From IMG/VR virus record IMGVR_UViG_3300034272_002197: a stretch of DNA of 64,000 nucleotides; one strand, given 5' to 3'. Under the pieces are notes generated by a model that saw only the letters and a list, made by a program, of their open reading frames with translations, was not told the DNA's origin and did no database searches. Shown piece after piece: positions 19,912-29,662 of this stretch; position 1 is the stretch's first letter, and each line of letters opens with the position of its first letter. A program made the translations under genes and the position numbers. This DNA is from an uncultured virus (IMG/VR IMGVR_UViG_3300034272_002197). Its lineage: Duplodnaviria > Heunggongvirae > Uroviricota > Caudoviricetes.

Positions 19912-19995
19912 TGTTGCTTTTTTGCAACATTTTATTTTGGTAGACCAAAAAGACCCATTTTGCTATACTATTGGTATAGTAAGTAAAAAGGAGTT
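19912..19995 (+). promoter_or_regulatory. early promoter cassette
   Basis: TGTTGC-N6-GCAACA, TAGACC-N17-TATACT, ATTGGTATAGTAA, AAGGAG. Confidence 0.75.
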
Positions 19996-19999
19996 TAAT

Positions 20000-20284
20000 A
20001 TGGAAAAAGGTGTTTGCCCTGTATGCAGTGGATTGTGTCGTGTTCCGGCTGGTGAAACTCGATACAAAAATGTTCTAGCCGGCTACGATGCCAAAACGGA
20101 TACACTGGAATGCCGTAATTGCGGTGGTCAATATATGTTTGGTCGTCCTACTGGACTAGTGAACATGGACTTTGGTGGACAGCCATGTGTGCATGAATAT
20201 ACCAGTCGAAACGTAGGTCGTTGCTTGACTGAATACACTTGTAAATTTTGCAACGATCGTTACCAGATTGATTCTGGTGATTAA
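20000..20284 (+). CDS. zinc-finger protein
   Basis: CPVC, CRNC, CKFC; start reassigned after RBS. Confidence 0.75.
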   Translation: MEKGVCPVCSGLCRVPAGETRYKNVLAGYDAKTDTLECRNCGGQYMFGRPTGLVNMDFGGQPCVHEYTSRNVGRCLTEYTCKFCNDRYQIDSGD

Positions 20285-20365
20285 TAAAAAAGCAACAAAT
20301 TTTTTGATTGACCAAAAATACTCATTTTGTTATAATTGTAGTATAGTAATTGATAAGGAGCAAAT

Positions 20366-20611
20366 ATGTTTGATTCAGTTTACAAAATAGAAACAAATGG
20401 TAAGACATACGAACAGAAACACGGCAATGCATTTGATCGTGGTTCAGCTGACAGCTACTATGGACGCGGACGTGATCCACACACCTGGCCTGAAGGTACA
20501 GGGCATGGTGTACGGGTAGAAGCCAAGGACATGACGCCTGCAGAGATTGAAGCGTATCACGCAGGCTACGACTATAACGAGCAGTATGGCGATAAAAAGA
20601 ATTGGGGTTAA
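20366..20611 (+). CDS. hypothetical phage protein
   Basis: promoter 20308-20336, RBS; HG..FDRG.ADSYY. Confidence 0.75.
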   Translation: MFDSVYKIETNGKTYEQKHGNAFDRGSADSYYGRGRDPHTWPEGTGHGVRVEAKDMTPAEIEAYHAGYDYNEQYGDKKNWG

Positions 20612-20613
20612 TC

Positions 20614-20811
20614 ATGGGATATTTTAAAGATTTAGAAATTGAAATCCGCGAAATGGATTTCAACGGCATGCCTTTGCAGGCTATTGCGGATCAGGTAGGT
20701 CTTAGTGTCAAACAAGTGTTAGAAATTCTGGATGCAGAATGCGATGAAGATCCGCAGGAGTATGCCGAAAACGCTGCCGATCTTGATGCAGATTACTATG
20801 GGAGAGCATAA
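20614..20811 (+). CDS. small HTH-like acidic protein
   Basis: GMPLQAIADQVGLSVKQV. Confidence 0.6.
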   Translation: MGYFKDLEIEIREMDFNGMPLQAIADQVGLSVKQVLEILDAECDEDPQEYAENAADLDADYYGRA

Positions 20812-20979
20812 TTGAACAAAGAAGATTACGAAAAGGCCATTGCAGAATTTCTTGCCAACGGTGGCGAGATTCAACAAATACCAGCTGGCAAGAGTTCACC
20901 GGATGCAGGCGCTAGTGCATGGGGCCGTCCGCAGGCCAAACCCAAAGATATCACCGATATTAACGTGGACGAACTATGA
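20812..20979 (+). CDS. SutA-like small protein (TTG start, not in ORF track)
   Basis: GGAG RBS; AIAEFLANGGEIQQIP motif. Confidence 0.55.
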   Translation: MNKEDYEKAIAEFLANGGEIQQIPAGKSSPDAGASAWGRPQAKPKDITDINVDEL

Positions 20980-21300
20980 ACAATATTGAAAAATTGGCAG
21001 CAGAGATTGCGTTTTTATCAAACAGCAGTCTACAGAAACTGGCACAAGAGTTGGTGGAGCATTATGCTACCAGAGCCGATGTACTAGAAACACAACTAGG
21101 TGCAGCATTTTTTTACAAAGATACGGAGATTGTAGAATGACAAACTTTCTAGTTTCAGTAGACCACGATTCGGTTTCAGGCGGCTACATGGCTTGTTTTG
21201 CTGAAGGTCAAGTGATTATATTGAATGCAACCACTTATCATGACGCGGTACTCGAAGCTGACATGCTCGAGCCCGAAGATTACGCAGTGGGTTATAACTA

Positions 21301-21531
21301 ATGCAACCGCAGCCTGTTGCTGGCAATCTTGAACCAAAACAGCAAGAAGCTGCTGTTGGACCTGACGGCCCCGACATGAAACAATTTGTGTGTACCGTGT
21401 GCGATCAACGCCATTATGATGTAGGTCATTATTTTCGCGGCGTAGATAGTACTCGGTGCATGTGGTGCTTGAAATACAACAAGAAACGTCCAGTGGTTAA
21501 ACCAGCGGAAACGGTTGACCCAAAATCCTAA
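21301..21531 (+). CDS. small zinc-binding protein
   Basis: CTVC...CMWC. Confidence 0.55.
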   Translation: MQPQPVAGNLEPKQQEAAVGPDGPDMKQFVCTVCDQRHYDVGHYFRGVDSTRCMWCLKYNKKRPVVKPAETVDPKS

Positions 21532-21549
21532 TTTTGCTATAATATTGGA

Positions 21550-21732
21550 ATGGTAAACGATATGCAACGAGATGACAAATTAGCAGAGGCAGTTATCCAG
21601 CTTCACGACATTGCCCGCATGATCGAATCCAAAATTGGACGAGGTCTGTTGAGTGATGATGTTCGAGACTGTGCTAACCGTTTACACATGATTACTCAAC
21701 CGATCAAACCTGCACAGGAGCAGTCAAAATGA
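21550..21732 (+). CDS. hypothetical protein
   Basis: promoter 21515-21543 upstream. Confidence 0.65.
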   Translation: MVNDMQRDDKLAEAVIQLHDIARMIESKIGRGLLSDDVRDCANRLHMITQPIKPAQEQSK

Positions 21733-21973
21733 GAAACTTTGTTTACGGAACCATTTTTGGTATCGTTGTAGCAACAATTGGCTTTACGGGTATTGCCCGT
21801 ATGCTGGACAAGGCTGTGGTTAAAACCAAAGAAACCGCAACTGAACTGAGTAAATGATTTTGGTTAAATTGCCGACCAAAAACAGGTTGACCTGTAATAT
21901 GAATGGCAATATAATAGTGGTATGGTTACAAACAGTAGCCTAAATTTTCAACTTTACTTGTGGAGAGTAACAA

Positions 21974-22303
21974 ATGACTGACAAAACTTTTATGGTAGGT
22001 GGTGTTTCTAAAACTAAGGGCCAGTACAAGGTTCGCTTTGCTGGTGACATGACTCGTGTCAAGATTCTTGCTAAGACTGACACTGATATCAATCTTGTTG
22101 AGTTGCCTTGTGCAATGACCAAGGGTGAGTTGGTTACCCATCTTAAGACTACGGATCTTTACAAGAATCCTGAGTTCGCTGCTGCTATTGATGCAGCGGA
22201 TGCCAAATACAATGCTGCTGGCACTGTTAAAGTTAAAGGCGCCAAGCCTAGCATGGATGCTATCAAGGCCCGTGCTAGCAAGAAAGATGCTGTCGAAGCT
22301 TAA
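21974..22303 (+). CDS. hypothetical phage protein, basic C-terminus
   Basis: promoter 21887-21915, GGAG RBS, terminator 22323-22346. Confidence 0.8.
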   Translation: MTDKTFMVGGVSKTKGQYKVRFAGDMTRVKILAKTDTDINLVELPCAMTKGELVTHLKTTDLYKNPEFAAAIDAADAKYNAAGTVKVKGAKPSMDAIKARASKKDAVEA

Positions 22304-22426
22304 TTAGTAAATAAGTAATTCAAAGGCGGGTTCGTCCCGCCTTTGTTTTTAACTAGTTCTGTCACACGTACACAGAACGGTTATACTAACTGGATGTATT
22401 GTACATCATTAACACAGGAGAAAAAA

Positions 22427-23479
22427 ATGGCCAAGCGCCTTGTACGCAAACTCACAGACGTGGCTGCAGAAGTAGAGCAGACTCTTAAAACCCATTTCAA
22501 CGTAACACAAGAACAACTTGACGCATGGTGCACTGCTGTCCATGCCAGTTCTCACACATTCCCTACCAGTAGCATGGTTGCAATTGAGGACCTGTACATT
22601 GACTACGAAGTACAGCGCGACGTGATCCACGACCATATCAAAAATATTATGAAAAAGTGGGATTCAAGAATTTGCTCGCCTGGCTCGGCTTGTCGTATTG
22701 TTGGTGGTGATGGTCGAATTTATTTGTACGATGCACAACATCGTACTATTGCCGCAACACTGCTAGGCTTTAAAGAAATCCCGTGTGCTATTGTTGAAAC
22801 TAATGACCCAAATTTTCCGTCGTTCGCATTCGAAATGCTTAACGACACTGGCGTTCGTAGACTTGGTCCAGGCGACCTACATCGTAACGCTCTTGTACGT
22901 TACAAGAACGGCAGTCTTGATATCAAAAACGTTCGTGCTCGAGTAATGCAGGACCAATTTGACATGCTTGGTATTGATCTAGAAGACAAGAACACTCGTA
23001 AAAGTCCTACACTACGTGGCGATAATGAGTATTTCTTTAGCCATTTTAAATATGCACAAAAAGGTATTGAACTAGACGAAAAAGGTCGAGTACTTAACGA
23101 TATACTTTCGTCTATTAAAAATACTTTTCAAATGCAAGGGGAAATTGACCAAGGTGTTTTTATTGGTCTGTACGAACTGTATCGACTGAGTAGTACTAAT
23201 GTACGCGATCGTCTTCCTGATGGTTGGATGAAAGAAGTTCTTACCTTGTGCAAGAAATCCTTTCGAGATTCACACCTGCTACACAGTAAAGCCAAAGTTC
23301 AATGGGAACACAGTCATCCCGGTGCCGGTTGGAATGCGCCGCTGGCAATGAGTAACTTCCTGCGAGAGTTGTATATTCGCAACGGTGGCAAAATTAACTT
23401 GCCCTATCACGGAGATGGTAGTAAAGTAGGCATTGACGCTGGCAACATTGCACCAGGTCTTTTTCCGGAGGAAGTGTAA
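22427..23479 (+). CDS. ParB/Srx-like (DGQHR-type) domain protein
   Basis: IDYEVQR and YLYDAQHRT motifs; AGGAG RBS at the reassigned start. Confidence 0.7.
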   Translation: MAKRLVRKLTDVAAEVEQTLKTHFNVTQEQLDAWCTAVHASSHTFPTSSMVAIEDLYIDYEVQRDVIHDHIKNIMKKWDSRICSPGSACRIVGGDGRIYLYDAQHRTIAATLLGFKEIPCAIVETNDPNFPSFAFEMLNDTGVRRLGPGDLHRNALVRYKNGSLDIKNVRARVMQDQFDMLGIDLEDKNTRKSPTLRGDNEYFFSHFKYAQKGIELDEKGRVLNDILSSIKNTFQMQGEIDQGVFIGLYELYRLSSTNVRDRLPDGWMKEVLTLCKKSFRDSHLLHSKAKVQWEHSHPGAGWNAPLAMSNFLRELYIRNGGKINLPYHGDGSKVGIDAGNIAPGLFPEEV

Positions 23480-24096
23480 TGAAAGATTACATCGAAGAGC
23501 GATTGGGACAATTGAGAAAACCGTTTATTATTGAAATGGACGGTTCGTCTCAAACACAACTTGACAATACTGGTAGGGTTGGTTTTTTTGTTGAACGAAT
23601 GTTTGGAATTCTACCCAACAACGACCGACGACCCGATTTAGGAAAATGGGAATTAAAAACTACAAGACCAGGAAAAAAGATCAGTATTGGTACCATGCCC
23701 GAGGCAGAACATCGACGTATTATGAATTCCGATGAGCATTCTTTTTTTGATAGCGAACCTTACAAGAAGATGAAGAACACTATCTTTGTTGTTTATGACA
23801 AACTATGTGATTATCCACAACCCGAATATGTTATGTTGGGTTGGGGTGCTTGTCAACTCGACTTGCTCTCAGACTACACAAAAAGAGAGTTAAACAGAGA
23901 TTATCGTTTTATATGTGATCACATTAAAAGGTATTCTACATCAAGAGACAACCTAACTTCGTATCTCAGACAATGCGGAACCATTTCTGGCGACTATTTA
24001 ACTTTGTCTTATAAGGGTAGCGGATATTGTGGCTATAACTACCCAGCCTGGAGTTTTAAAGGTAGCTTTATTAAACAAATTGTAAAACATGCTTAA
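23479..24096 (+). CDS. MutH/Sau3AI-like PD-(D/E)xK endonuclease
   Basis: G.VG..VE..FG...N....PDL...ELKT. Confidence 0.7.
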   Translation: MKDYIEERLGQLRKPFIIEMDGSSQTQLDNTGRVGFFVERMFGILPNNDRRPDLGKWELKTTRPGKKISIGTMPEAEHRRIMNSDEHSFFDSEPYKKMKNTIFVVYDKLCDYPQPEYVMLGWGACQLDLLSDYTKRELNRDYRFICDHIKRYSTSRDNLTSYLRQCGTISGDYLTLSYKGSGYCGYNYPAWSFKGSFIKQIVKHA

Positions 24097-24646
24097 AGAG
24101 TCGTTAGAAAATTTTACCACACCCAACTATGGTAAGACCCTGCGTACCCCTGCTACTTATCAAACGGTAGCAGGGCATTGTACTCGGCACATTACCAGAC
24201 TGGTTTCGGAATATCACGCTGTTGAAAACGATCAACAACTGTTGCGTGAAATTCGTAACGACATTGATTATTATCTACGTAGATATCACGAGTACTGCAT
24301 CAAACAGCGTGATGGTATGAAAGCCCACTATCATGAAGTTGGTGCCGATGAGGATTGTGACTTTGAACACTTGATCCCGGCTGCTAGGATTAGAGACTTG
24401 TTACTCGCTAATGTACTGACTGTTGAACAAGCATTAAATGCACCTACAGTTAGACTCAGCAGAGCAAAGCATATGCAATTAAAGGATGCAGGTTGGGCGT
24501 CACATACACCCAATATGTGGCTTCCGTTTAAACGATATAGTAATGTATTTGCAGCCAACTTTACTACATTTGACGGGACCGCAGTTGATCCAGATGCATG
24601 GACTTTAGAACAACATTTTGTCTATTTTAAGCATCTGGTACTATAA
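24089..24646 (+). CDS. hypothetical protein with HNH-like EHxxP motif
   Basis: DFEHLIP...H...RY. Confidence 0.55.
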   Translation: MLKESLENFTTPNYGKTLRTPATYQTVAGHCTRHITRLVSEYHAVENDQQLLREIRNDIDYYLRRYHEYCIKQRDGMKAHYHEVGADEDCDFEHLIPAARIRDLLLANVLTVEQALNAPTVRLSRAKHMQLKDAGWASHTPNMWLPFKRYSNVFAANFTTFDGTAVDPDAWTLEQHFVYFKHLVL

Positions 24647-24649
24647 ATA
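24642..24649 (+). promoter_or_regulatory. T4-type late promoter
   Basis: exact TATAAATA upstream of the tmRNA. Confidence 0.65.
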
Positions 24650-24669
24650 ACATGTGAATGAAATAAAAG

Positions 24670-24990
24670 AATTGTTGTATGAAGTTGAATGAAAGCGGTT
24701 CTGGACCCCGGTTCGACCCCGGGCAGGTCCACCATAAGGAGATTAATATGTATCAAGTTGGTGAAACACTAGTTTACAGTTTAGCAGCCATTGTGATTGC
24801 ATTTGCTATAATCCTCTTATGATGGGCCTGAATTTGGTTTCGACAGGGCAACAAGTAAGGATATGGACAACACGGTAGGCGATGACCGTAAATCAAGCAA
24901 AACCAATAACTGCAAACGCAGCTAATGATGAGGTTTTCGCTCTAGCAGCGTAATCTCCGGGGCAACTATGCCTTGTTACCAAAAATAGTA
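24670..24990 (+). ncRNA. ssrA: circularly permuted (two-piece) tmRNA
   Basis: T-arm and CAGGTCC-ACCA (ends 24734) precede the 5' strand GGGCCTG (24824) with G3.U70; tag ANAANDEVFALAA* at 24912-24953; outer ends approximate. Confidence 0.9.
24748..24822 (+). CDS. 24-aa hydrophobic peptide in the tmRNA intervening segment
   Basis: AAGGAG RBS; MYQVGETLVYSLAAIVIAFAIILL*. Confidence 0.5.
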   Translation: MYQVGETLVYSLAAIVIAFAIILL

Positions 24991-25015
24991 ATAGGCTCTT
25001 CGGAGCCTATTTTTT
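24990..25015 (+). terminator. intrinsic terminator after the tmRNA
   Basis: AATAGGCTC-TTCG-GAGCCTATTTTTT. Confidence 0.85.
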
Positions 25016-25061
25016 ACATATACATATTTAAAAATAAATATTGTGAAAATAGGAGATTGAA

Positions 25062-25448
25062 ATGAAATTTGTTTACTATGCACCCAGACATATTTTTCAG
25101 ACTGATTTTGGTTATGAATTAGGAACCGAACGAGACTATGGCAGAACATACTTAACCGGCGATGAATTAGAAGAATTCAATAATGATTTTGCAGAAGTTG
25201 ATGCATTTGAAGCCCCGTTATTCTCACAAGGAATTTTTACTAATGTTGAAAATCTTTACGACGAAGTTGTATTCGCTGATGGTACATGCAGTACGTATGA
25301 CACAATATCGGCATATAGAATCACATTCAATATTGATTCTGATAGTACCGAACTTCCAAAAAATTTAATACACCCTCACTATTCAAAATGGATTGAACGT
25401 ATAAAGGCAGATTCTAGAGTTACCTTTAGAGAAGCTTCGTGGTTATAA
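25062..25448 (+). CDS. hypothetical acidic protein
   Basis: AGGAG RBS, TAAATA upstream. Confidence 0.7.
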   Translation: MKFVYYAPRHIFQTDFGYELGTERDYGRTYLTGDELEEFNNDFAEVDAFEAPLFSQGIFTNVENLYDEVVFADGTCSTYDTISAYRITFNIDSDSTELPKNLIHPHYSKWIERIKADSRVTFREASWL

Positions 25449-25466
25449 TTACTCTCAAGGTGTAAA

Positions 25467-26558
25467 ATGGCAAGACTTGAAATTCCAATATCCTGCGAGG
25501 ATAGTGTTGGCTTAGAAATCTGTTTGAACAAAAAACCATTACAGTTTGAAATTTGCGATAATAAAATAATTTCTGAAATTGATTTCAGTGGGTTGGCAAT
25601 TCTCACAATCAAATTACTAACCCCGGGCAAAGTTAATTTTCAAAATGTTTATTTGGATAACGTAAACATACGACAGTTTTTGTTTTTGAGTTGGGGCGAA
25701 CTAAATTCGGAAAAGATTCAACCTTGTACAGATTTATGGGAAGTTGGACAAACTTGGGTACTACCAATTTCTAATCCTTTGAGTCTATTAATTTCTTTGG
25801 GCATTGATAAATTCAATTCTTGGGAGCTTGGTTCTAATCTTTTTGAAAAATACGATATATTTTTTCCGGAATCGATTGAAATCAAAGAATCGTTTCCTAA
25901 ATTAATTAAAGATTTTTTTCATTACGATTTTGATTTTTATGCACAAAAAAAAGTCAAAAAAGATGAGCTATATGGAAACAGCAAGATTCCTTTTTTTCAA
26001 TTTGATTATGAATACGATAAGGAATCTTTGTACAAAGAACTACATGACAATTATGAGTACTTGATTGGGCAAGAATTCTATAAACCATATCAGTTAGATT
26101 ATAACAAAGCAGACGAACAAAACAAATTTAATCCTGATTTAAATTGGCGCACAATTTATTCTTATCTTCCAAAAAAACAAAATTCAATCGATGAGTTTAC
26201 ACTAGATAAAAATCGATTGCCTCTCTTGTTTGATTTTTACAAGCAATTACCATTAAAAAATATCTATGTCAGTTTTATAGGAATTCTTCCCCCGGGTGGA
26301 TACATAGCTCCTCATAAAGATCAGCGTGAGGGTATACTTCCTCATGGTTGTACTCAACTTTATTTTGCACTTAATCCTTCGGAGGACCATTACTTTAAAT
26401 TGAATGGAGTAGGATCAATTCCGTTGGATGAAAAGACCACGGTAGTAAATAATCAAAATTACACCCACACTGTGATAAATCAAGGCACTGAGATGCGTTA
26501 TGCAATTGGTTTATTCTGTGATATTGATCCTGATTTTTTTGCCGGTGTTCAATACTAA
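25467..26558 (+). CDS. aspartyl/asparaginyl beta-hydroxylase-like 2OG-Fe(II) oxygenase
   Basis: PGGYIAPHKD...HTVIN...R. Confidence 0.7.
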   Translation: MARLEIPISCEDSVGLEICLNKKPLQFEICDNKIISEIDFSGLAILTIKLLTPGKVNFQNVYLDNVNIRQFLFLSWGELNSEKIQPCTDLWEVGQTWVLPISNPLSLLISLGIDKFNSWELGSNLFEKYDIFFPESIEIKESFPKLIKDFFHYDFDFYAQKKVKKDELYGNSKIPFFQFDYEYDKESLYKELHDNYEYLIGQEFYKPYQLDYNKADEQNKFNPDLNWRTIYSYLPKKQNSIDEFTLDKNRLPLLFDFYKQLPLKNIYVSFIGILPPGGYIAPHKDQREGILPHGCTQLYFALNPSEDHYFKLNGVGSIPLDEKTTVVNNQNYTHTVINQGTEMRYAIGLFCDIDPDFFAGVQY

Positions 26559-26615
26559 AATCTTGCTATTTAAACAACCATTGACATAAAATAACCATTT
26601 TGCTATAATAGTGGC

Positions 26616-27023
26616 ATGAATACACAATTCTCTATGCCAACAGCAGGTAGCAAAGTTGCTATTACTTTTGAATTTCCTAGCCATGTGCTAGTGGGACCAA
26701 GAGTTAACAAAACAACAATTTCTGGTGTTGTTGAAAAAGCAACCAAATTTACCCCCTCTAATTTTGTTAGAATCGTAACAGACTTTGACAGTCCGGTCCG
26801 TATTCGAGAAATACCATTGGATCGTATTACCAAATTGGAATACGCAGATGGACGACAGGCAAATCAACAAGAGGTCAAAAACGATACCAAGACTTGGACA
26901 GTCGAAGGTAGTAGGGGATCCAAATACACTGTTATTCGCAACAAAAGTTCTTGGACCTGTACTTGTCCAGGTTTCCAGTTTCGTAAATCTTGCCGTCATA
27001 TTCAGGAGCTCCAGAATGCTTAA
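26616..27023 (+). CDS. SWIM zinc-finger protein
   Basis: GS.G..Y.V...WTCTCPGFQFRKSCRH; promoter TTGACA(26581)-N17-TATAAT. Confidence 0.8.
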   Translation: MNTQFSMPTAGSKVAITFEFPSHVLVGPRVNKTTISGVVEKATKFTPSNFVRIVTDFDSPVRIREIPLDRITKLEYADGRQANQQEVKNDTKTWTVEGSRGSKYTVIRNKSSWTCTCPGFQFRKSCRHIQELQNA

Positions 27024-28332
27024 ACCGTGGCAACTCGTTGCATCACTTGAAGATACCAATAGCCGACTTGGCAAAGAAGCTATTGTTTGTGATGCTGCCA
27101 AACAAGGCAACGATGAATTTTTTGCTGGATGTCGACTTGCCTTAGACAGCATGACCACATTCGGTCTTAAACAAATACCGGAGAAAAAATATGCGGGTGG
27201 TACTGGTCTTGATTGGAATGATTTTGTTGCTGTTGTCGAGCGTTTGGTTGATCGTACACTCACCGGCAATGCAGCTAGAGATACCGTTGATGAGATGATG
27301 GCAGCGGCCACCCAGGAAGAATGGAACGGGTGGTATCGCCGCATTTTGATCAAGGACCTACGCTGCGGTACAAGCGAAAAGACCATTAACAAAGTAGTGG
27401 AGAAAATAAATGCAGATTACATTGTACCTACTTTCAGCTGCCAGCTTGCTCACGATAGTGCTAATCATGAAGGAAAGCTTGCAGGTAAAAAGCTCATTGA
27501 AGTCAAGTTGGATGGTGTGCGTGTTATTACTGTTGTTTGGCCAGATGGTCGTGTTCTTCAATTTAGCCGGAATGGCAAAGAGCTTGTAAATTTTGAACAT
27601 ATCAAACAAGAACTAGCACTCAATGCCAGCACGTTTGCAGAGCCTATGGTGCTAGATGGTGAAGTTATGAGTTCGAGTTTTCAGGACTTAATGAAACAGG
27701 TACATCGTAAAGACAATGTTGCAGCCAATGATGCAGTATTATGGTTGTTTGATGCGCTACCATTGAGTGCGTTCGAAACAGGTGTTTACCGTGTCAAACA
27801 ACGGACTCGCAGCGACTGGTTGCACAATTGGTATGACACGAAACTAACAAAGTCGATGGCCAATGTGCGATGCCTAGATCAAGCAGTTGTAGACTTGGAT
27901 ACCGAAGAAGGACAGAAGCTGTTCCGCATGTACAACAAGAGTGCTATCGAGAACGGCTATGAAGGTATTATGATCAAGGACCTGGATGCCCTTTACGAAT
28001 GTAAGCGTAGTGTAGCCTGGCTCAAACTCAAACCATTCATTGAAGTCAGTTTAGCTGTGGTTGATTTTGAAGAAGGTACTGGTCGCAATGCCAGCAGGCT
28101 AGGTGCTATTATATGTGAAGGCGAAGACGATGGTCGTAGAATACATGTTAATGTGGGTTCTGGTTTTAGTGATGCCGATCGTGATAGTTATTGGATGGAT
28201 AGGTCGACGATTATTGGACATGTGGCAGAAGTTAGAGCCGATGCTGTTACTCAGAATCAAGATGGTACTTATTCGCTCAGGTTTCCGCGTTTCCTTAGGT
28301 TTAGAGGATTTACGGCGGGCGAAAAAATCTAA
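27016..28332 (+). CDS. lig: ATP-dependent DNA ligase
   Basis: KLDGVR, LDGEV, EGIMIKD, WLKLKP, VGSGFSD, SLRFPRF; start reassigned to 27016. Confidence 0.95.
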   Translation: MLKPWQLVASLEDTNSRLGKEAIVCDAAKQGNDEFFAGCRLALDSMTTFGLKQIPEKKYAGGTGLDWNDFVAVVERLVDRTLTGNAARDTVDEMMAAATQEEWNGWYRRILIKDLRCGTSEKTINKVVEKINADYIVPTFSCQLAHDSANHEGKLAGKKLIEVKLDGVRVITVVWPDGRVLQFSRNGKELVNFEHIKQELALNASTFAEPMVLDGEVMSSSFQDLMKQVHRKDNVAANDAVLWLFDALPLSAFETGVYRVKQRTRSDWLHNWYDTKLTKSMANVRCLDQAVVDLDTEEGQKLFRMYNKSAIENGYEGIMIKDLDALYECKRSVAWLKLKPFIEVSLAVVDFEEGTGRNASRLGAIICEGEDDGRRIHVNVGSGFSDADRDSYWMDRSTIIGHVAEVRADAVTQNQDGTYSLRFPRFLRFRGFTAGEKI

Positions 28333-28342
28333 AGGATATCGA

Positions 28343-28579
28343 ATGGAAAAACAAGCAATCAAGGAACTAATGTACGGCGGCCTAAAAGAAATAATGAATA
28401 ACAATCGCTACTATTACAAGAGTAGTGTGGGCAAGAACTACAGCAGTTTTACTGAAAGTGGTAAACAAGTTATACAAGAATTTGTAATGGACCTGGCTGG
28501 ATACATCACCGAAGCAGAAAACGTCGAACTTGATCAACGAGCCAAGGACATGGTATTTAAAGAACTGAAAGGAAATTAA
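28343..28579 (+). CDS. hypothetical protein
   Basis: AAGGA RBS before MEKQAIKE. Confidence 0.7.
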   Translation: MEKQAIKELMYGGLKEIMNNNRYYYKSSVGKNYSSFTESGKQVIQEFVMDLAGYITEAENVELDQRAKDMVFKELKGN

Positions 28580-28580
28580 A

Positions 28581-28997
28581 ATGGCAGTTTGGAAAGTTAG
28601 TACCACACATAAGAAAATGTGCGAAGAGCGCGAACAGTGGTATCACGAAGAAAAAGGATGGAGCATTGTTCGCACCAATGGTTATCGTTGGGGTACGTTT
28701 ACTGTAGAAACCAACGACGATGAACCACCAGAGGATATTGATCCTGATAATCCAGACGGTATCAACATGTACGACTATTTCAGTGACAATGCTGAAAATG
28801 GTGCTGAACTGGACAGCATGGATGATGGATGCTACATGGACTGGGATTGGGACGAAGGCATGAACGAGGAAGATCGTGCAGAGGTTGAAGCACTATGGGA
28901 AGAAGATTCTTATTCAGGTCTAGAATCTAATGGTTGGACTAATACAGAAACAGAAGCATGGCTATTTGGACCACTTGAAATTACTAAGGAGAACTAA
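28581..28997 (+). CDS. acidic hypothetical protein
   Basis: RBS; Asp/Glu/Trp-rich. Confidence 0.75.
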   Translation: MAVWKVSTTHKKMCEEREQWYHEEKGWSIVRTNGYRWGTFTVETNDDEPPEDIDPDNPDGINMYDYFSDNAENGAELDSMDDGCYMDWDWDEGMNEEDRAEVEALWEEDSYSGLESNGWTNTETEAWLFGPLEITKEN

Positions 28998-28998
28998 A

Positions 28999-29166
28999 AT
29001 GGGATATGATCCACGTGCAGTACGAGTAAAAAAAGCAGAAAAAGCAATAGCAATTCTCACTTACAATAAAGATCGCGAGCGACATTTTATTCGCGAAATG
29101 GCACAAGCAGAAGCCAAAAACACCAGAACCAAGTCTGCAAAGAATCGCGGAGACAAAGAAGAATGA
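28999..29166 (+). CDS. small basic hypothetical protein
   Basis: AAGGAG RBS before MGYDPR. Confidence 0.65.
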   Translation: MGYDPRAVRVKKAEKAIAILTYNKDRERHFIREMAQAEAKNTRTKSAKNRGDKEE

Positions 29167-29585
29167 CCAGAGATGAAATAGTCTCAATGCTGGAACAAGG
29201 CATTTGTACAGTTACGTTCACGAAAGTAAACGGCGAACTGCGTCATATGCCTTGTACACTAAAGACTGACTTGTTGCCTGCTGTAGTTTCAGAATCCGGC
29301 ACTGACAAAAAGAAAAAAATCAATACGGATAACCTGAGTGTTTGGTGTACAGATAAAAATGAATGGCGCAGTTTTAAAGTCGCCAATGTGCAGGAAGTAA
29401 AACCATTAAACAAAACATACACCATTACCCTCGAAGAAGATCCCGATACTGGAGATCTTATATTGCCTTTTACTGACGAAATACTCAACGAAGTAGGTTG
29501 GAAAGAAGGAGATACTATAGAGTGGATTAAAAACGACAATGAGTCTTATAGTTTGGTAAAAAAAGACGAACAAACACAAAAATAA
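29163..29585 (+). CDS. WYL-like/SH3 domain fused to an AbrB-like domain
   Basis: VTFTKVNGELR.MPCTL...WRSF; DLILPF...GWKEGDTIEW. Confidence 0.7.
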   Translation: MTRDEIVSMLEQGICTVTFTKVNGELRHMPCTLKTDLLPAVVSESGTDKKKKINTDNLSVWCTDKNEWRSFKVANVQEVKPLNKTYTITLEEDPDTGDLILPFTDEILNEVGWKEGDTIEWIKNDNESYSLVKKDEQTQK

Positions 29586-29662
29586 TCGTTGCATTTTCCA
29601 AAACACTTAGCTATAATACTTGAATGCTGTCGTACAGCATATCTTAATTTAGGAGATATTAG

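Noticed and set aside
26785..27015. 77-aa N-terminal extension of the DNA ligase
   Set aside because: It overlaps the SWIM gene in another frame; an RBS-led ATG exists at 27016.
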